Shown: positions 14,201-25,640 of the stretch, piece by piece | Layout: each line of letters begins with the position of its first letter | How positions within the stretch are numbered: the first letter of the stretch is position 1 | Assembly (NCBI GenBank): GCA_048772705.1 | Contig: JBLWGC010000230.1 | Location: 682,001 to 746,000, forward strand | Reading direction: 5' to 3' | Length of the DNA: 64,000 nt | Source of the DNA: Leidyana gryllorum EB-2025a | Taxonomy: Eukaryota; Protista; Apicomplexa | The notes under the pieces: model-generated | Told to the model about the DNA's origin: nothing | The model's database searches: none | The model's input: the letters and a program-made list of their open reading frames with translations, nothing else | Translations under genes and position numbers: made by a program

Positions 14201-16944
14201 AGACCGCCACGGACTTGGACGAGTTCTACCAGAACCGATTGGAGCTGATGGGAGATGACAGCCAAGGCAGCCGATCTGATTTGAGATTGCTCATTTTGAG
14301 ATCACTTCATGGGACGATATTGGGAGATGAAGACGCGGACGGGTCAGTCGCTGATGATCTGAGGCTGCCCTTCTGCCAGATCCTCGTGGAGTTACTGACG
14401 ACGCCCACACTCGACAAATCACAGATCAATCAGATTGAACCGTACCTCGGAACCATTCTGCATTGGATCTCCGATGAGACTGATGGTGAAGCTCGGACCA
14501 AGTTGAGGGCTTGGCTGATGAATAGTGGACGGCAGATATCAATTGAGATATGGATAAAATCGATCGAAACATTGGTGGGAACCATCATAGCCATTTTTGG
14601 CAGCGTCGTCGCGAAAGAAGTGAAGCAGTCACAGGAAAGAGCATTGGCAAAATGGTTCCTTTCCTTACTACAGGACGCTTATGCTTCTTGTCCTGAGATT
14701 GTTTACCCAATACTGAGCGTTGCTCATGAAGCTCGCCTCTTCGCCGAAGCTGAAGCAATCTTTGGTCACCACGCAATATCAGAAGTGTGCTCTGTCGCCT
14801 TGACGGTGATACGCACTGTACTCCACAGTAATAAGGATACTGACCAGCAGCTGGCCCTGCGTCGTTTCGCGCTGGCAACGGAGGCCATGACGGCGGTGGA
14901 CGTTGTTTGGAGAGACTCGTTCGTGAAACCCATAACTCATCACGTTAAGGCTCTGAGCAAAGAAGACAAGGGCAAAATGACAGGTCCCATAAAGTTCTAC
15001 TTTGCTCGCCTATTCAGCCAATTCAGCACTGGGTACTTCATCCTCGAGGCCTTGAAAACTCAATCGTCCTCAACCAACAAAGTTGCAGCGCTGCCCGAGC
15101 TCATGACGTATTTCCACGGCTGCTCTCGGCTTCCACTCTCCCAGAATCAGATCAAATTCTGTCGTGGGGTTGCCAGCGACCTTATCAAAGCTCTGGGACT
15201 CCCCACCACCAAGGCAGCCTTTCAAACGCAACTCGACCGATATCCCAACATTGAACTCATGCTGCTGCAGTCACTGAGTGAAGGATCCGGATTCATGAAA
15301 CGTATGCAGGCCTTCTACACGGCCGTGGAAAAGCGCGTAGCAGCGCTCCCCGCCGAAGGCCGATACATTCCATTGGGTCAGTTGAGCCCCTATTTGGCAG
15401 CCTATCAGCACGCTGCTGGCGGAACCGAGGCGACTGGGGGCCTGCGACTGTTTCGTGATCCTCAGCATCCTTCGGAAAGCACAGCCCTGCCGGTGGCATT
15501 CTTCGACGAAAGCGTTCTCAGTTTGCCTTCCAAACAGAAACCCAGACGGTTGCGGTATACTTCGACGGATGGGTCATTAGAGGCGTTATTGTTGAAGGCC
15601 GGTGACGATCTACGTATAGATCGCAGGGTAAATTCCTTCATTGCTCACTTGTCTAAAGCTATGGGGCGGCATGATAAGGCCAGAGACCTGCATTTGCGAC
15701 ACATATGTGTCTTCCCTCTGACCACATTCTTCGGAATGATGGAATGGGCTCGCAATACCAAACCATTCAAAGCCGTGATGGAGGACTATGTATTCCCCAC
15801 CAACACTCGGTTGCCGGAGACACAAGGTTACAAACACACGATCGAAACTGTAATGGCGGCACAATCTACGGGTGCTAAGAAACCAACAGTAATGGCGGCT
15901 TTTGCCGCGTTCAGTTGCGAAGCAACGGTTGAAACGGCTGAGCAGTTGCACGGGGAGGCAGCGGAGATGCTGCCTTTGGGTCGTTCTGGTTTCAGACGTG
16001 TGGTGTTCAACACTTCGAAGAACATTGACCGCTTTTTGGAGCGACGTCGGTCGTTCTTGACATCTACAGGAGCATTGAGTGCTGCTGGTTATCTGCTTGG
16101 ATTGGGTGATCGTCACCCAGACAATGTCTTAATCGATCTCAACACGTTGACACCAGTGGCGATTGACTTTGGCTATGCTCTAAACTTTTCTGTGGCATTG
16201 CTTCCAATTCCTGAGCTGATGCCATTCCGTTTTACCCCGAACTTCCAGGACTTGGAGCCTACTGGTCGGGGTGTGGGTGGTATCGCCCAGCACGCCTTGA
16301 CGTCAGCTCTTGAGGTGAGTGTTCTAAGTCCATTTTGCAGGGAGCAGATTGCTATATTGCTTGTTAAATCTTAGGTACTGCGAGCGGAGGAGCATTTCTT
16401 CATCTCATTATTACGTGTGTTTGTCAAAGAGCCTCTGCAAGATGTTGCATGGCTGGCAGAGGCTTTTTCGACTCTGAGTGGCGCTACGGACAGTTTACGT
16501 AGTCCAGTGGCCTCGCAGAGGGCTCCAGCCGATTTGGTGGGGAGAGGGAGTAGGAGTTTGTCTGGAGCGTTTGGGTTGTTGAAGGAGTTGGCGGGGCAGA
16601 AGATAGCCGTGTCTGAATTGAAGATAAAGGGAGGTCATCCGAGTGTGTTGCTGATATGGGATTTGTTACGTTCGAATTCTGCGAGTGTGAAGAGTGCGGT
16701 TGATATGAAGAGTTGGAGTCCGTTATTGGAGTCGATATGCGGTGGTTTGGATGACTGTCGTCGATCGTATTTTGGGGAGGAGTGTTTGGCGAGTTTGAGT
16801 GGCCAAATTGAGGCGATGGCTGAGAAGCGGGAAGATGAGATTTGGAAGTTGGATGCGGCGAGTCAAGCGTTATATTTGTTTGAGAGTGCCACGAGTGGCG
16901 CGTTGCTGGGACGTCAGTGGGTTGGGTGGGCTCCATTTTTGTGA
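2219..16944 (+). CDS. PRKDC: DNA-dependent protein kinase catalytic subunit (PIKK family), ~4770 aa, 9 exons
   Basis: Frame-consistent GT-AG introns at 2439-2497, 3153-3194, 3782-3824, 4181-4229, 4516-4570, 5474-5520, 10565-10622 and 16315-16374 join nine ORFs. Kinase motifs SKQKPRR, LKAGDDLRIDRR, GLGDRHPDN, IDFGYA and LLPIPELMPFRFT are present. The FATC end LLGRQWVGWAPFL matches the DNA-PKcs type (LGRTWxGWxPWx). Confidence 0.9.
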
Positions 16945-16962
16945 TTTTTGGTAACGGATAGA

Positions 16963-19900
16963 ATGGAGGATGAGATTAATGTTATTGGTGACAATCTGAG
17001 AGGGGGTCAATGGTTGAGGCAGATAGCGGCGGGTGACGCTTTGTATCTGGAAGGGCCCGAGGATCCGGAGGTGTTACAGGACGAGGTAGATTACTTTTGT
17101 CGGATCGATGACAGTGAGGTTATGGCGACTGCGTTACGTCAGTTTCGGCGTCTATCGAACTACGGGCAGTCGGTATTCCTCCAGAAGTTTCGTCGCGACA
17201 TCCCAAAGGCATTGAGTCGGAGTAATTCTCATTGGTTGAAGACCTTTACGACTGCGGCATTCACATTATTTGAGGGTTCGACTCCGTACGATGTGAGTAG
17301 TCTGAAGAAACTGGCCTCTTTGGTTGTCGAGATGGGCATAAAGCCGGACAAGTTGGCCATTGGAGAGAACTGGGGCGACCGAAGTTGTCAATTGATCCGA
17401 GTCATTCAGTATTACATGTTGACCAACGATCGTCGGAACTGGTCGGGAGGCCCTAACTTCCCCGAAGAGCTCAAGGAGATATTTCTGCGTCTCTGGAACG
17501 CTGGGAGTCCGGGCCCTGCGTCAGTATCTCGCTTTGCTGCCATGGCCTTGTTGGGTCGCGCGAGTGTGGGGTCAATGGCGGATGGGCAAATGGCCCCCAT
17601 TCACGAAGTTATACCCGAGTTGATTGGGCCTATGCCCCCGCCTCCCGGCGCTACCGGGGCTGCCGCCTTGGCAGCCTCGACCTCTCCCGCGAGTCTCGCT
17701 CGTGGTCGAGGTGTCCATGTTGCCGGTATGACGGCGGCCGCTGAGGAGGAAGAGGAAGATAACGAAAACTGGACGCCCTTCCAGCGAACGGAGGCGCGGC
17801 TGCAACGCGAGGTGTCGAGATGGGTCGAGCGTGAATTGGACCAAAGCAGTGACGAGCAAGCGGCTCGTGCGGCTTTTGATCAACAGGTTCACACAATTAT
17901 ATGGCATTGTCTCGGGTGTCAGTGTCATCAATATGGATCGGGGTTCACTGGACTGAAACTTCGGGACTCTGATAGCGACTTTGGTGTACGGATATACGAT
18001 TTCATCAAAGGACACTATCACGAGCGCGTCAAGGGAGACGAGTTTTCAATGGAGGCGTCGCCCAACGTCAGTGCCGAGACCACCTGGGGAGAGCTGCAAG
18101 GACGTCGAAGTGCGGAGGTCCTGGCGGTGATCATCACCCGATATGCCTACCGTCGCGCCTTGCGTCATAGTTTGGTGCGGAATCACGATCAACTTGGCGT
18201 TGAGCTGCGCGATAGGGCAAAGAAACCTCTCATCCGCTTCTTCCACCACCAGAATCCCTCACTATCAGCCGATGTTGTGTTCGCTGAGAGCTTCGCGGGC
18301 GTACGCAATAGCTGTCTCCTCAAACACTATTGCGAGATGGACGATCGGGTCGCTCCTTTGGTCGGAGTCATCAAGTATTGGTCCAAACAAAGATTCATCA
18401 ACTCCTCCTTCCACGGGTTCCTCAGCAGCTATGCCTACACACTCACTGTGGTCGACTTTCTCCAAAGGATCAAACCACCCGTCCTGCCCAATATACAAAT
18501 GCCTCACGGAGGCGTTATGGCCGATGAAGTCCTCTGTCAAGATTACACCTTCTTCGAGAATAGAGACCGACACAAAGGCAAAGTACCCTACCCACCCTGG
18601 AAAAATTGGGCCTCTGAGAATACTCTCAAAGTCGGAGCGCTCCTCAGAGAATACTTTAGATGGATGGCATTCCGATGTCCGTGGCTCGATGCCGTCATCA
18701 GCCCTCGGGTCGCACCGAGAATGCTCGATAAACTCCATCTATTCACCGCCAATAACTCCATCAACTACTCTAGAAATACACACCCCATACCCAAACAATC
18801 CTTCTCGGTCGTACCGCCGCCCGAGGGAAAGAAGTCTCGAGCAGCCAGAAGCTATGCCACCTCCAATAGCTCAGAAGCATTCGATGAGATACGAGATCCT
18901 TCCGACACAGAAGAAGACGAATCAGTTACAAGCAAAGAACTTCCTAACACCCGCCATAAGTATAGAGCCCACGAACGATCTCGTTCTCCCTCGTCCAATC
19001 ATCAGCGCGGTCGACGCAGAGGCTCAGCATTCAGTAATAGAAAGCGCCTCGACACTCCCACCGATGAAATCATCTGGCCCGTTGCTGAGTTCGCGGCATC
19101 AGCCCCGCCAGCAGTCATACCCGCCTCTCCGGCACCTCCACCATCGTTCACACACGCTGAATCCCCGACCAGTGATACGATCAACCCTCCACCCCCATCA
19201 GAACACGGCTCTGTGGTCATCAGCATCAGCAGCAGCAGTGACGAAAGTGGCTCGATCAAACACAAACGAGCTGCCAAGAACGATACTGTCATCAACAAGC
19301 TCATCGGGTCAAAGAGGAGGAATTCAAGCGACAACAATCTGATACACAACTATGATCCTGAGTCGGACGATGATGGTGATGATGACAGCAGCGATGATCA
19401 CGCAGCCCCTTCCATTCATTCCGTTGGCCTACAAGCTCGCAGCGAACTGTCACAATATGATTGGATGTATTTCCATCCCGATCATACTGTCCGCACCATT
19501 GTGCAAGATGGTGGCCGAGGCTTCAACTACAACTTCTGGAAGATCGCCATCGAAGACCCATGTGAGACCGAAAGGATCTTGCAACCGTACCGCTTCAATG
19601 TAAGTGCATCAGTATCGTGATTTTGTGTAGTAAACTGCTGTCGTGCTCATTTGCCGTGTGCCAGTGTTACTACTGTCTGCCGGCCTGGCTCAGTCGGCGT
19701 TTGTTGTGTGCGCGTGCGCGTGTGTGGCCTTGCTTTGGGTACGTCTCCTCAAGGCTGTCGATCCCTGCTGCGTCTGTTGTCCACGTTAATTGCACCATGT
19801 CTGTTCCACTGCGTTGGGTTTGTGTCGTCTGGAGGTGACTGGCAAGCAAATCTATGACAAAAACAGGCGACTGAACAAGTGGTCTTCGAATATCTGCGGG

Positions 19901-20283
19901 GCTTCATCCTGCTCTGGAGCTCGGACGCCAGCCTTGCGGAACTATTGAGGGAACTGATGCCTCGCAACCGCGATCAAAAGTCGCAAGAGATCGTTGACCG
20001 CGCCGAAGTCGCCAGGATGCAATGGCACCGCGCCAATCCGCCGAAGCCTATTGTGTCCGGAAATCCTGTACCTGAGGCGGACCTCATCAATCACTGCCGT
20101 GAAGCATTCGCAACAAACATATTTAAAGAGCTACGCACAAGTTTCTTGTTGAGTCCTCCAGATGTCAAGCTTATCCCCCCCGGACTCAATTCTCCTGTGG
20201 ATGAGTATTGGATTCGGACTTCGCCCTTGACCTTGGCGCCGCTTGCAAAACACTGGAGGGACGTGGAATCCCGTTTCCGCTGA
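16963..20283 (+). CDS. non-canonical poly(A)/poly(U) polymerase (Cid1/TUTase family)
   Basis: YGSGFTGLKLRDSDSDF (GS...DxD), third Asp in SADVVF, NSCLLKHY, VIKYWSK, LSSYAYTLTVVDFLQ and IAIEDP. Intron 19600-19866 joins the last exon in frame. Confidence 0.88.
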
Positions 20284-20303
20284 CATCGAGGAGCGTCAAG
20301 CCG

Positions 20304-22532
20304 TCAAGGCTTGTCGAACCAGGCGGATTCATTGAGGGTCGGGTGAACTCCGTGGCATCTGGCGGAGGGTTGCAAGACTTTCTTGGCCAGAGGGTCCTTC
20401 TTCCATGAGTCCTTCTGACAACCGAATGAGTGCCACAAGAAGTCTCCACAACTCCAGCTATGCATAGGATCGGATTTGAGGTACTTGGCACAGCTTGGGG
20501 CGTTGAACCACTTGGAGCACACAAGGCCGGCTTTGTGAGGCTCTCCTTGGGAATACCCTTCCTGAAACCATGTGGAGTATGCCTCAAGCAGCAACATAGT
20601 GCCATCATCCTCCTCCGGGTTTCCCAAGAGTCTCCTTTTGTGGCCATCAATTTGTTCCCTCCCGAACTGTCTTCTGGTGTTCAAAGGACCATCAATTGTA
20701 TAGTACCTATCGTCGTCCTCCTCCTCGTTCTCGTTGTCCGCCTCCTCCGTTGCCTCGTCGGCTGCTGCGAGGACCCGAGTCCCATTCCGCAACATGGCGC
20801 CGTCTGGGCGATCCAAAGTCACAGTGGTCGTGGTCTTGGTGTTTGACAGGAGCTCAGCTTGCGAGGGGCCGACTTGGGAAGGCCGCATGTGCTCCAAATG
20901 CTTGAGAATGCTTTGGGGAACGGTGAGAACGAGTTTGAAGAATGCTTCGTCATAGGCGCAGCCAACTCTGGTTAGTCCGCGGAAACGGTACGAACAGAGG
21001 CGGCTGAGTCTGCTGAAGTCCATGCCGAATACTTCGGTGTGTATCCAATCCCATACGGCTTGATCACCCATCTTGAACTTTCCGGTATCGATCTTGTAAA
21101 ATGGAGAAGCAGTGAGAATGTCGAACACAAAGGCAGTTAGACGGGTCGCTCTGAAGATCATTGCACCACTGTGAGTATAATAGCCCCGTTGGCAGCTCGG
21201 AGAGACACTGATAGCATAAGCAAACTCATCTGGAGCGCCAGTGCTGACTGGGGGTAGCATTCCATTGTTGGGCCGTACGCATGGCCATATACCTTTCCCG
21301 CCTTCATCCATCAGATCTCCCATCAGCCGAGACTGGAAGGGGTTGATAGCGTCACTCTGGAGGTAGTCTTGAAGCCATTCGTGATCCGACTGTCCCGCAG
21401 GAGGCTTGTGGTGTTTCCCCTTCTTTTTGGAAGCTGAAAGCTTTCGCTGCTTCGCAACCGCTTTCTTAGCTTTGCCGCCGTCGTCGGCGTGTGCATGTTT
21501 GTCCGCGACTTTGTCGTCCTCGTCGTCTTCGATCTTCTCCTGGTCGTTGGCATGTTCAACGTCCCACAGTATGTGGAAAGCTTCTTCGAATGGGCCGAGC
21601 TCGTGATCATCTATGTCAACAGAGTCATCACCAGCGGCTGAGTCTTGCGTTTCGTTGGTTTCTTTGCGACGGCTGGCGGGCTCGTAGGTTTTCCCATCCC
21701 ACACTCGGAAGAAAGGTCGGTTCTTTGGACGCAAAGGCGTGTTTTCGGGGTCGTAGTCGTGGTAGCCGAGGGCATATTCGGCCATTGCCTCTCCGAAGCC
21801 AGGTTTGTCCTTTTCGTCCTCCACGGCATCGAAGTTAATAGATCTGGGCGGGGTGCACACACGTTCTTCAAGTGATTTTTGAGCGCTGGCACGCTGAACC
21901 CGGTGATAGAGAGTACTGATATCTTTCTGATTATTGGTGAACATTGTGTCTCCATCACTGTAGAAGATGATAGGTTCGTGGGAGGGAGTGTAGGCGGTGA
22001 TAACTTTGGTTTGCAGAAGCGTCATCAGTAAGAGTCCCGCACGATATCGCTCAACCAGGATAGCTGGGTTGTTTGGCGAACCTCTCTTGTGCCAATGTTT
22101 GCGTGTATCCGGGTCGATGACATGACTGACCAGTTCGGGATCCCATATGGAGAAGAAACAGTGATATCGTTGTCGTAACATATACGAGCGTTTATATCGA
22201 TCCAATTCACTTTCAGAGCCACGTTTGGTGTCGTGGCTCATGTAGGCGATGTAATCGCATTTGTAGGCGGGGAAGGGGGCCGTGAAACCTCCTTGTTGGT
22301 GTGTGTGAATATGGTCGGGATATGTTCTGTTGAGTAGTTCCCCAACTGTGAATCTCTCTATACCTGCGGGGTCGTGGAAGACGGTGACCGAGATACCCAA
22401 CATATTTAGCAATAAGTCGTGGTATAGCTTCATCTCCCAAGGCCTATTGGAACTGGGCATCTTCCATTGTTTGGTGGCACTCGCGGTTACAATGCCCGCG
22501 AGCATGAGCAGCAGCACCCGAAACCCCCACAT
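20304..22532 (-). CDS. secretory-pathway glycosyltransferase, GT34 (GMA12/MNN10)-like
   Basis: N-terminal hydrophobic segment MWGFRVLLLMLAGIVTASA. DxD motif in FYSDGDTMFTN, plus HSGAMIFR, GDQAVW and GDFLWHSFG. Acidic and basic insertions lie between the motifs. Confidence 0.65.
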   Translation of the reverse strand: MWGFRVLLLMLAGIVTASATKQWKMPSSNRPWEMKLYHDLLLNMLGISVTVFHDPAGIERFTVGELLNRTYPDHIHTHQQGGFTAPFPAYKCDYIAYMSHDTKRGSESELDRYKRSYMLRQRYHCFFSIWDPELVSHVIDPDTRKHWHKRGSPNNPAILVERYRAGLLLMTLLQTKVITAYTPSHEPIIFYSDGDTMFTNNQKDISTLYHRVQRASAQKSLEERVCTPPRSINFDAVEDEKDKPGFGEAMAEYALGYHDYDPENTPLRPKNRPFFRVWDGKTYEPASRRKETNETQDSAAGDDSVDIDDHELGPFEEAFHILWDVEHANDQEKIEDDEDDKVADKHAHADDGGKAKKAVAKQRKLSASKKKGKHHKPPAGQSDHEWLQDYLQSDAINPFQSRLMGDLMDEGGKGIWPCVRPNNGMLPPVSTGAPDEFAYAISVSPSCQRGYYTHSGAMIFRATRLTAFVFDILTASPFYKIDTGKFKMGDQAVWDWIHTEVFGMDFSRLSRLCSYRFRGLTRVGCAYDEAFFKLVLTVPQSILKHLEHMRPSQVGPSQAELLSNTKTTTTVTLDRPDGAMLRNGTRVLAAADEATEEADNENEEEDDDRYYTIDGPLNTRRQFGREQIDGHKRRLLGNPEEDDGTMLLLEAYSTWFQEGYSQGEPHKAGLVCSKWFNAPSCAKYLKSDPMHSWSCGDFLWHSFGCQKDSWKKDPLAKKVLQPSARCHGVHPTLNESAWFDKP

Positions 22533-22638
22533 TGAATTGACGAGGCAGGCAGTAAACAATAGAATAGGTCTCTATCTTGCTGTCCGTGCTCAGGGTTCCA
22601 CCACCCGCATGTCAAAATTTATTCTTGCGGAGATCTAA

Positions 22639-23262
22639 ATGGTGCGCCCCATTCTAACCTACTTTGACCTCACTGGGAAGGGAGAAGCCATTCGACTTTG
22701 TCTTTTCATCGGGGGCATAGATTTCGAAGACAGACGAGTTCCAGACGGAGACGTTTCCTATAAAAAGGAGTCGCCGACTGGAACTCTACCACTCCTGGAG
22801 GTCAATGGTCGCAAGTACGTGGACACTGCCGCTATCCTAATGTATGTAGCTCGCCTCGCCGACCTCACGGTCTCGGAAAGGAATCCTCCCGACGTCCTCA
22901 GACTCTCAACACTGGTACATTTCACCGTCACCATGTGGGACCCCGTCGCGGCTCTCCGCACAGCGCCGCCACACAAACGCATTGAAATGGCTGTAGACGC
23001 CATAGACATATTGGAACCCAAACTACACGGACTCGAACGACTTCTCAACAACAAACCCATCCAAGATTACGCTGTCGGCGACAAACTCACCGTCGCCGAC
23101 ATTACCATCTTTGTCTGGGCAGAGAGTTTGCGCCACAATCCCGTCGGTGTCAGCATCAACGATCTTCATCTCAAATACCCCACTATTAGCCGTATCGCTG
23201 AAAAGGTCAGAGCCCATCCTAAGGTCCAAGAGTGGCTTCGGACTCGGAGCTCATCAAATTAG
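22639..23262 (+). CDS. glutathione S-transferase (sigma-like) 1
   Basis: LTYFDLTGKGEAIRL, PTGTLPLLEV and GDKLTVADI. Confidence 0.9.
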   Translation: MVRPILTYFDLTGKGEAIRLCLFIGGIDFEDRRVPDGDVSYKKESPTGTLPLLEVNGRKYVDTAAILMYVARLADLTVSERNPPDVLRLSTLVHFTVTMWDPVAALRTAPPHKRIEMAVDAIDILEPKLHGLERLLNNKPIQDYAVGDKLTVADITIFVWAESLRHNPVGVSINDLHLKYPTISRIAEKVRAHPKVQEWLRTRSSSN

Positions 23263-23917
23263 GGTTGAGATCAAAGGTATTGCAGATTCTCCAGAACTCC
23301 CCCATCGATAGCCCCTCAGCCGCATTTTCATCACCCTCCACTATGTTCTCATCAACATGCAGTAGGACCTGCAGCCATAATGTCAATAATGTCAAAGACA
23401 CTGTGCCATCTGGCCGCTCCCAGCCATCTCCGCCGAGGAACAGGCATAACACGCAAGCAGCCTTACATCAGTGTCATATTTCGGTAAACGCAACACAACC
23501 AGTCGACAGTCAACCACGCGCTCGTCCGCCGTCTTGATAGTGCCCCGGATGAAATGTGCTCGGCAACCCTCCACCTCTGTACCATACCGAGTGCGCAGTC
23601 CACACAACAAACCTTCCAACAAATTCTCATGGAACTCCATGCTCTTCACCGTTACTTCTCCACCTTTAGCGTAGTCCCTCAGGTGAAGCACTTCGACGGA
23701 ATCCCCAGCCACCGTGGTCACAGATTCGCATACTTCTACGAAAAAAGCGACCCCTTTCTGGCTCACATATACTTCCTACTCAAAAATCATCAATCCCACT
23801 ACAATCCAAACCCACCTGATTGTCTGGAACTGGTCGGATGTCACTCAGGTCGCTGAAGTTCGTTGGCAGACTTATCCGCCCGAACCCCCCATACAATTCG
23901 ATTTCCTTCAATTCCAT
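23219..23917 (-). CDS. MOG1: Ran guanine nucleotide release factor Mog1, 3 exons
   Basis: The spliced product reads MELKEIELYGGFGRISLPTNFSDLSDIRPVPDNQ|EVY...FFVE...LRLPKYDTD|VLLHVD...FWRICNTFDL. Introns are 23815-23776 and 23466-23369. DLSDIRPVPDNQEV is the Mog1 signature. Confidence 0.85.
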
Positions 23918-24249
23918 CACTTACAATTCCATCACTTTTTTGCAGCCTCTTCTTGCGCCCTAGCCACCACCCTACCCATGCAGCCAAATATGCACCCTTG
24001 CCGACTACCCACAGGCCCAACATTATAACTGCATCTCAGCCCTTGACAGTGCATTGACCTTTGCTTTCCCTACGCACGTTGTAGAGGGTGCTCTACTGAC
24101 TGTAGGTCCACCTAAGCCTCTACATCCGCATATCTTGAGTGCCACGCAATCAGCTCTGTGATACACGAACTTTCCTTCCCGCGTCCCAATCGCAAGAAAC
24201 AGGGCCGCTCGGCGATCGCACGTGTGTGCTGCTTGTCTAGAGAGCAGCA

Positions 24250-24519
24250 ATGACCGCCAGGTTGCTATTCGTCATCTACGTGACCTTGTCAGCAGCAACG
24301 AAAGCCACTGAAGATCTGCTCAATGCTTCCTATTCACCTTCAGATGTCATCTCAGCCCAGGAAGGGGTCAACCTGCAGCTCCAACCAAGCGTCGGATTCC
24401 TGCCAAACACCAGTCCAGATTGTTCTTCCATCACTTGCCAGGACTCCCACCCAGCAGTGGTAGTGGGTAGCCTTTTGGTCCTGTCATGTCTGGGCGGGGT
24501 TGTATTCCTGATTCGGTAG
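24250..24519 (+). CDS. small secreted/membrane-anchored protein (89 aa)
   Basis: Signal-like N-terminus (MTARLLFVIYVTLSAATKA), one Cys pair, and a C-terminal hydrophobic segment (TM helix or GPI signal). Confidence 0.55.
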   Translation: MTARLLFVIYVTLSAATKATEDLLNASYSPSDVISAQEGVNLQLQPSVGFLPNTSPDCSSITCQDSHPAVVVGSLLVLSCLGGVVFLIR

Positions 24520-24762
24520 GTGACTAGTTATGCACTATAGCTCAATATGATCTGATAGTCTGTGCATGAAACGAGGCTCCCCAGTTCCATCAGCATTGGA
24601 AGCAGTGAAAACGGAGGACGAGCCCGAATCCCGCGGTACCGCTTCTACCGTAGATTCTACGCCAAGCGACTCTGTGTGAAAGGTCTCTCACGCTGTCCCA
24701 AGATTGGGAAATGCATGATTATTCGGCTTCTTTTGCTTCAGCATAGAGCTTGTCATTGAATC

Positions 24763-25413
24763 ATGTTTTGCTGTCGTGCTGCACCTGCTGACCCGCGTCC
24801 TGTCGAGCCGTCTTCGACTCCTGATCTGACGCTGGTCTATTTTGATTTGGAAGGACGGGCTGAAGCTGTGAGATTGACACTAGTGCTTGGGGATATTCCC
24901 TTCAAGGATGAACGGTTATCATTCACTGATCCCAAGAAAAACGAGGGGCCAACTGGTCGATTGCCCGTACTCAAGGTCGGTTCGACATCGTACGTTGAGT
25001 CCGTTGCGATGTTGAAGTACGCGGCGGCGTTGGCTGGATTTGCCCCTAAGGACCCTTTACAGCAACTTCGAATTGACATGATAGTGGAACTGACTCAAAA
25101 TCTATTTGGACCAACATTCGCTCCAATGCTTGCTGCCGAGGGGGACAAGGCACGTGTGCTTGAGGACTCTGCGGCCAAAATTCCACAGACCTTAAAGGTT
25201 CTGGAATCGGTTGTCGGCGAGACTGTTCAGAATGGACACGCGGTCGCCGGCAAGCTGTCTATAGCTGATGTGGTCATTTATCTGTGGATCAAGACTTTGG
25301 AATCAAAACCATTTGGCTTGGAAATTCCAGATCTCAAACAATATGGAGCTCTTCAAGCCATCCACAAACAAGTCAGTGAAATTCCTGAGGTTCAAAAGTA
25401 CTACGCCAAATGA
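24763..25413 (+). CDS. glutathione S-transferase (sigma-like) 2
   Basis: LVYFDLEGRAEAVRL, PTGRLPVLKV, ESVAM and GKLSIADV. Confidence 0.92.
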   Translation: MFCCRAAPADPRPVEPSSTPDLTLVYFDLEGRAEAVRLTLVLGDIPFKDERLSFTDPKKNEGPTGRLPVLKVGSTSYVESVAMLKYAAALAGFAPKDPLQQLRIDMIVELTQNLFGPTFAPMLAAEGDKARVLEDSAAKIPQTLKVLESVVGETVQNGHAVAGKLSIADVVIYLWIKTLESKPFGLEIPDLKQYGALQAIHKQVSEIPEVQKYYAK

Positions 25414-25640
25414 GCCCTTTTTATTGCGTGTAATTAGCATTGATCAACCAGCATTTGAGATTATGAACAACTACACAAACATGGAACATTGATACGTAAG
25501 TGGCTAGGCGAAGGCGGCTGTTTGGCCACATTGGGGTGGATTAAATCTTGAAGCTTTTCATGTCGTCTTTGGGGTAAAAAAGTGTTTTTATTCGTTGCAT
25601 TGCGGCTGCTCCCCGCATCTGTTGTGCACTCGCAAGAGAA

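Noticed and set aside
23905-23936. Short direct repeat creating an ATG-GAA-TTG-TAA mini-uORF before MOG1
   Set aside because: A 12-nt duplication is too short to distinguish from chance slippage.
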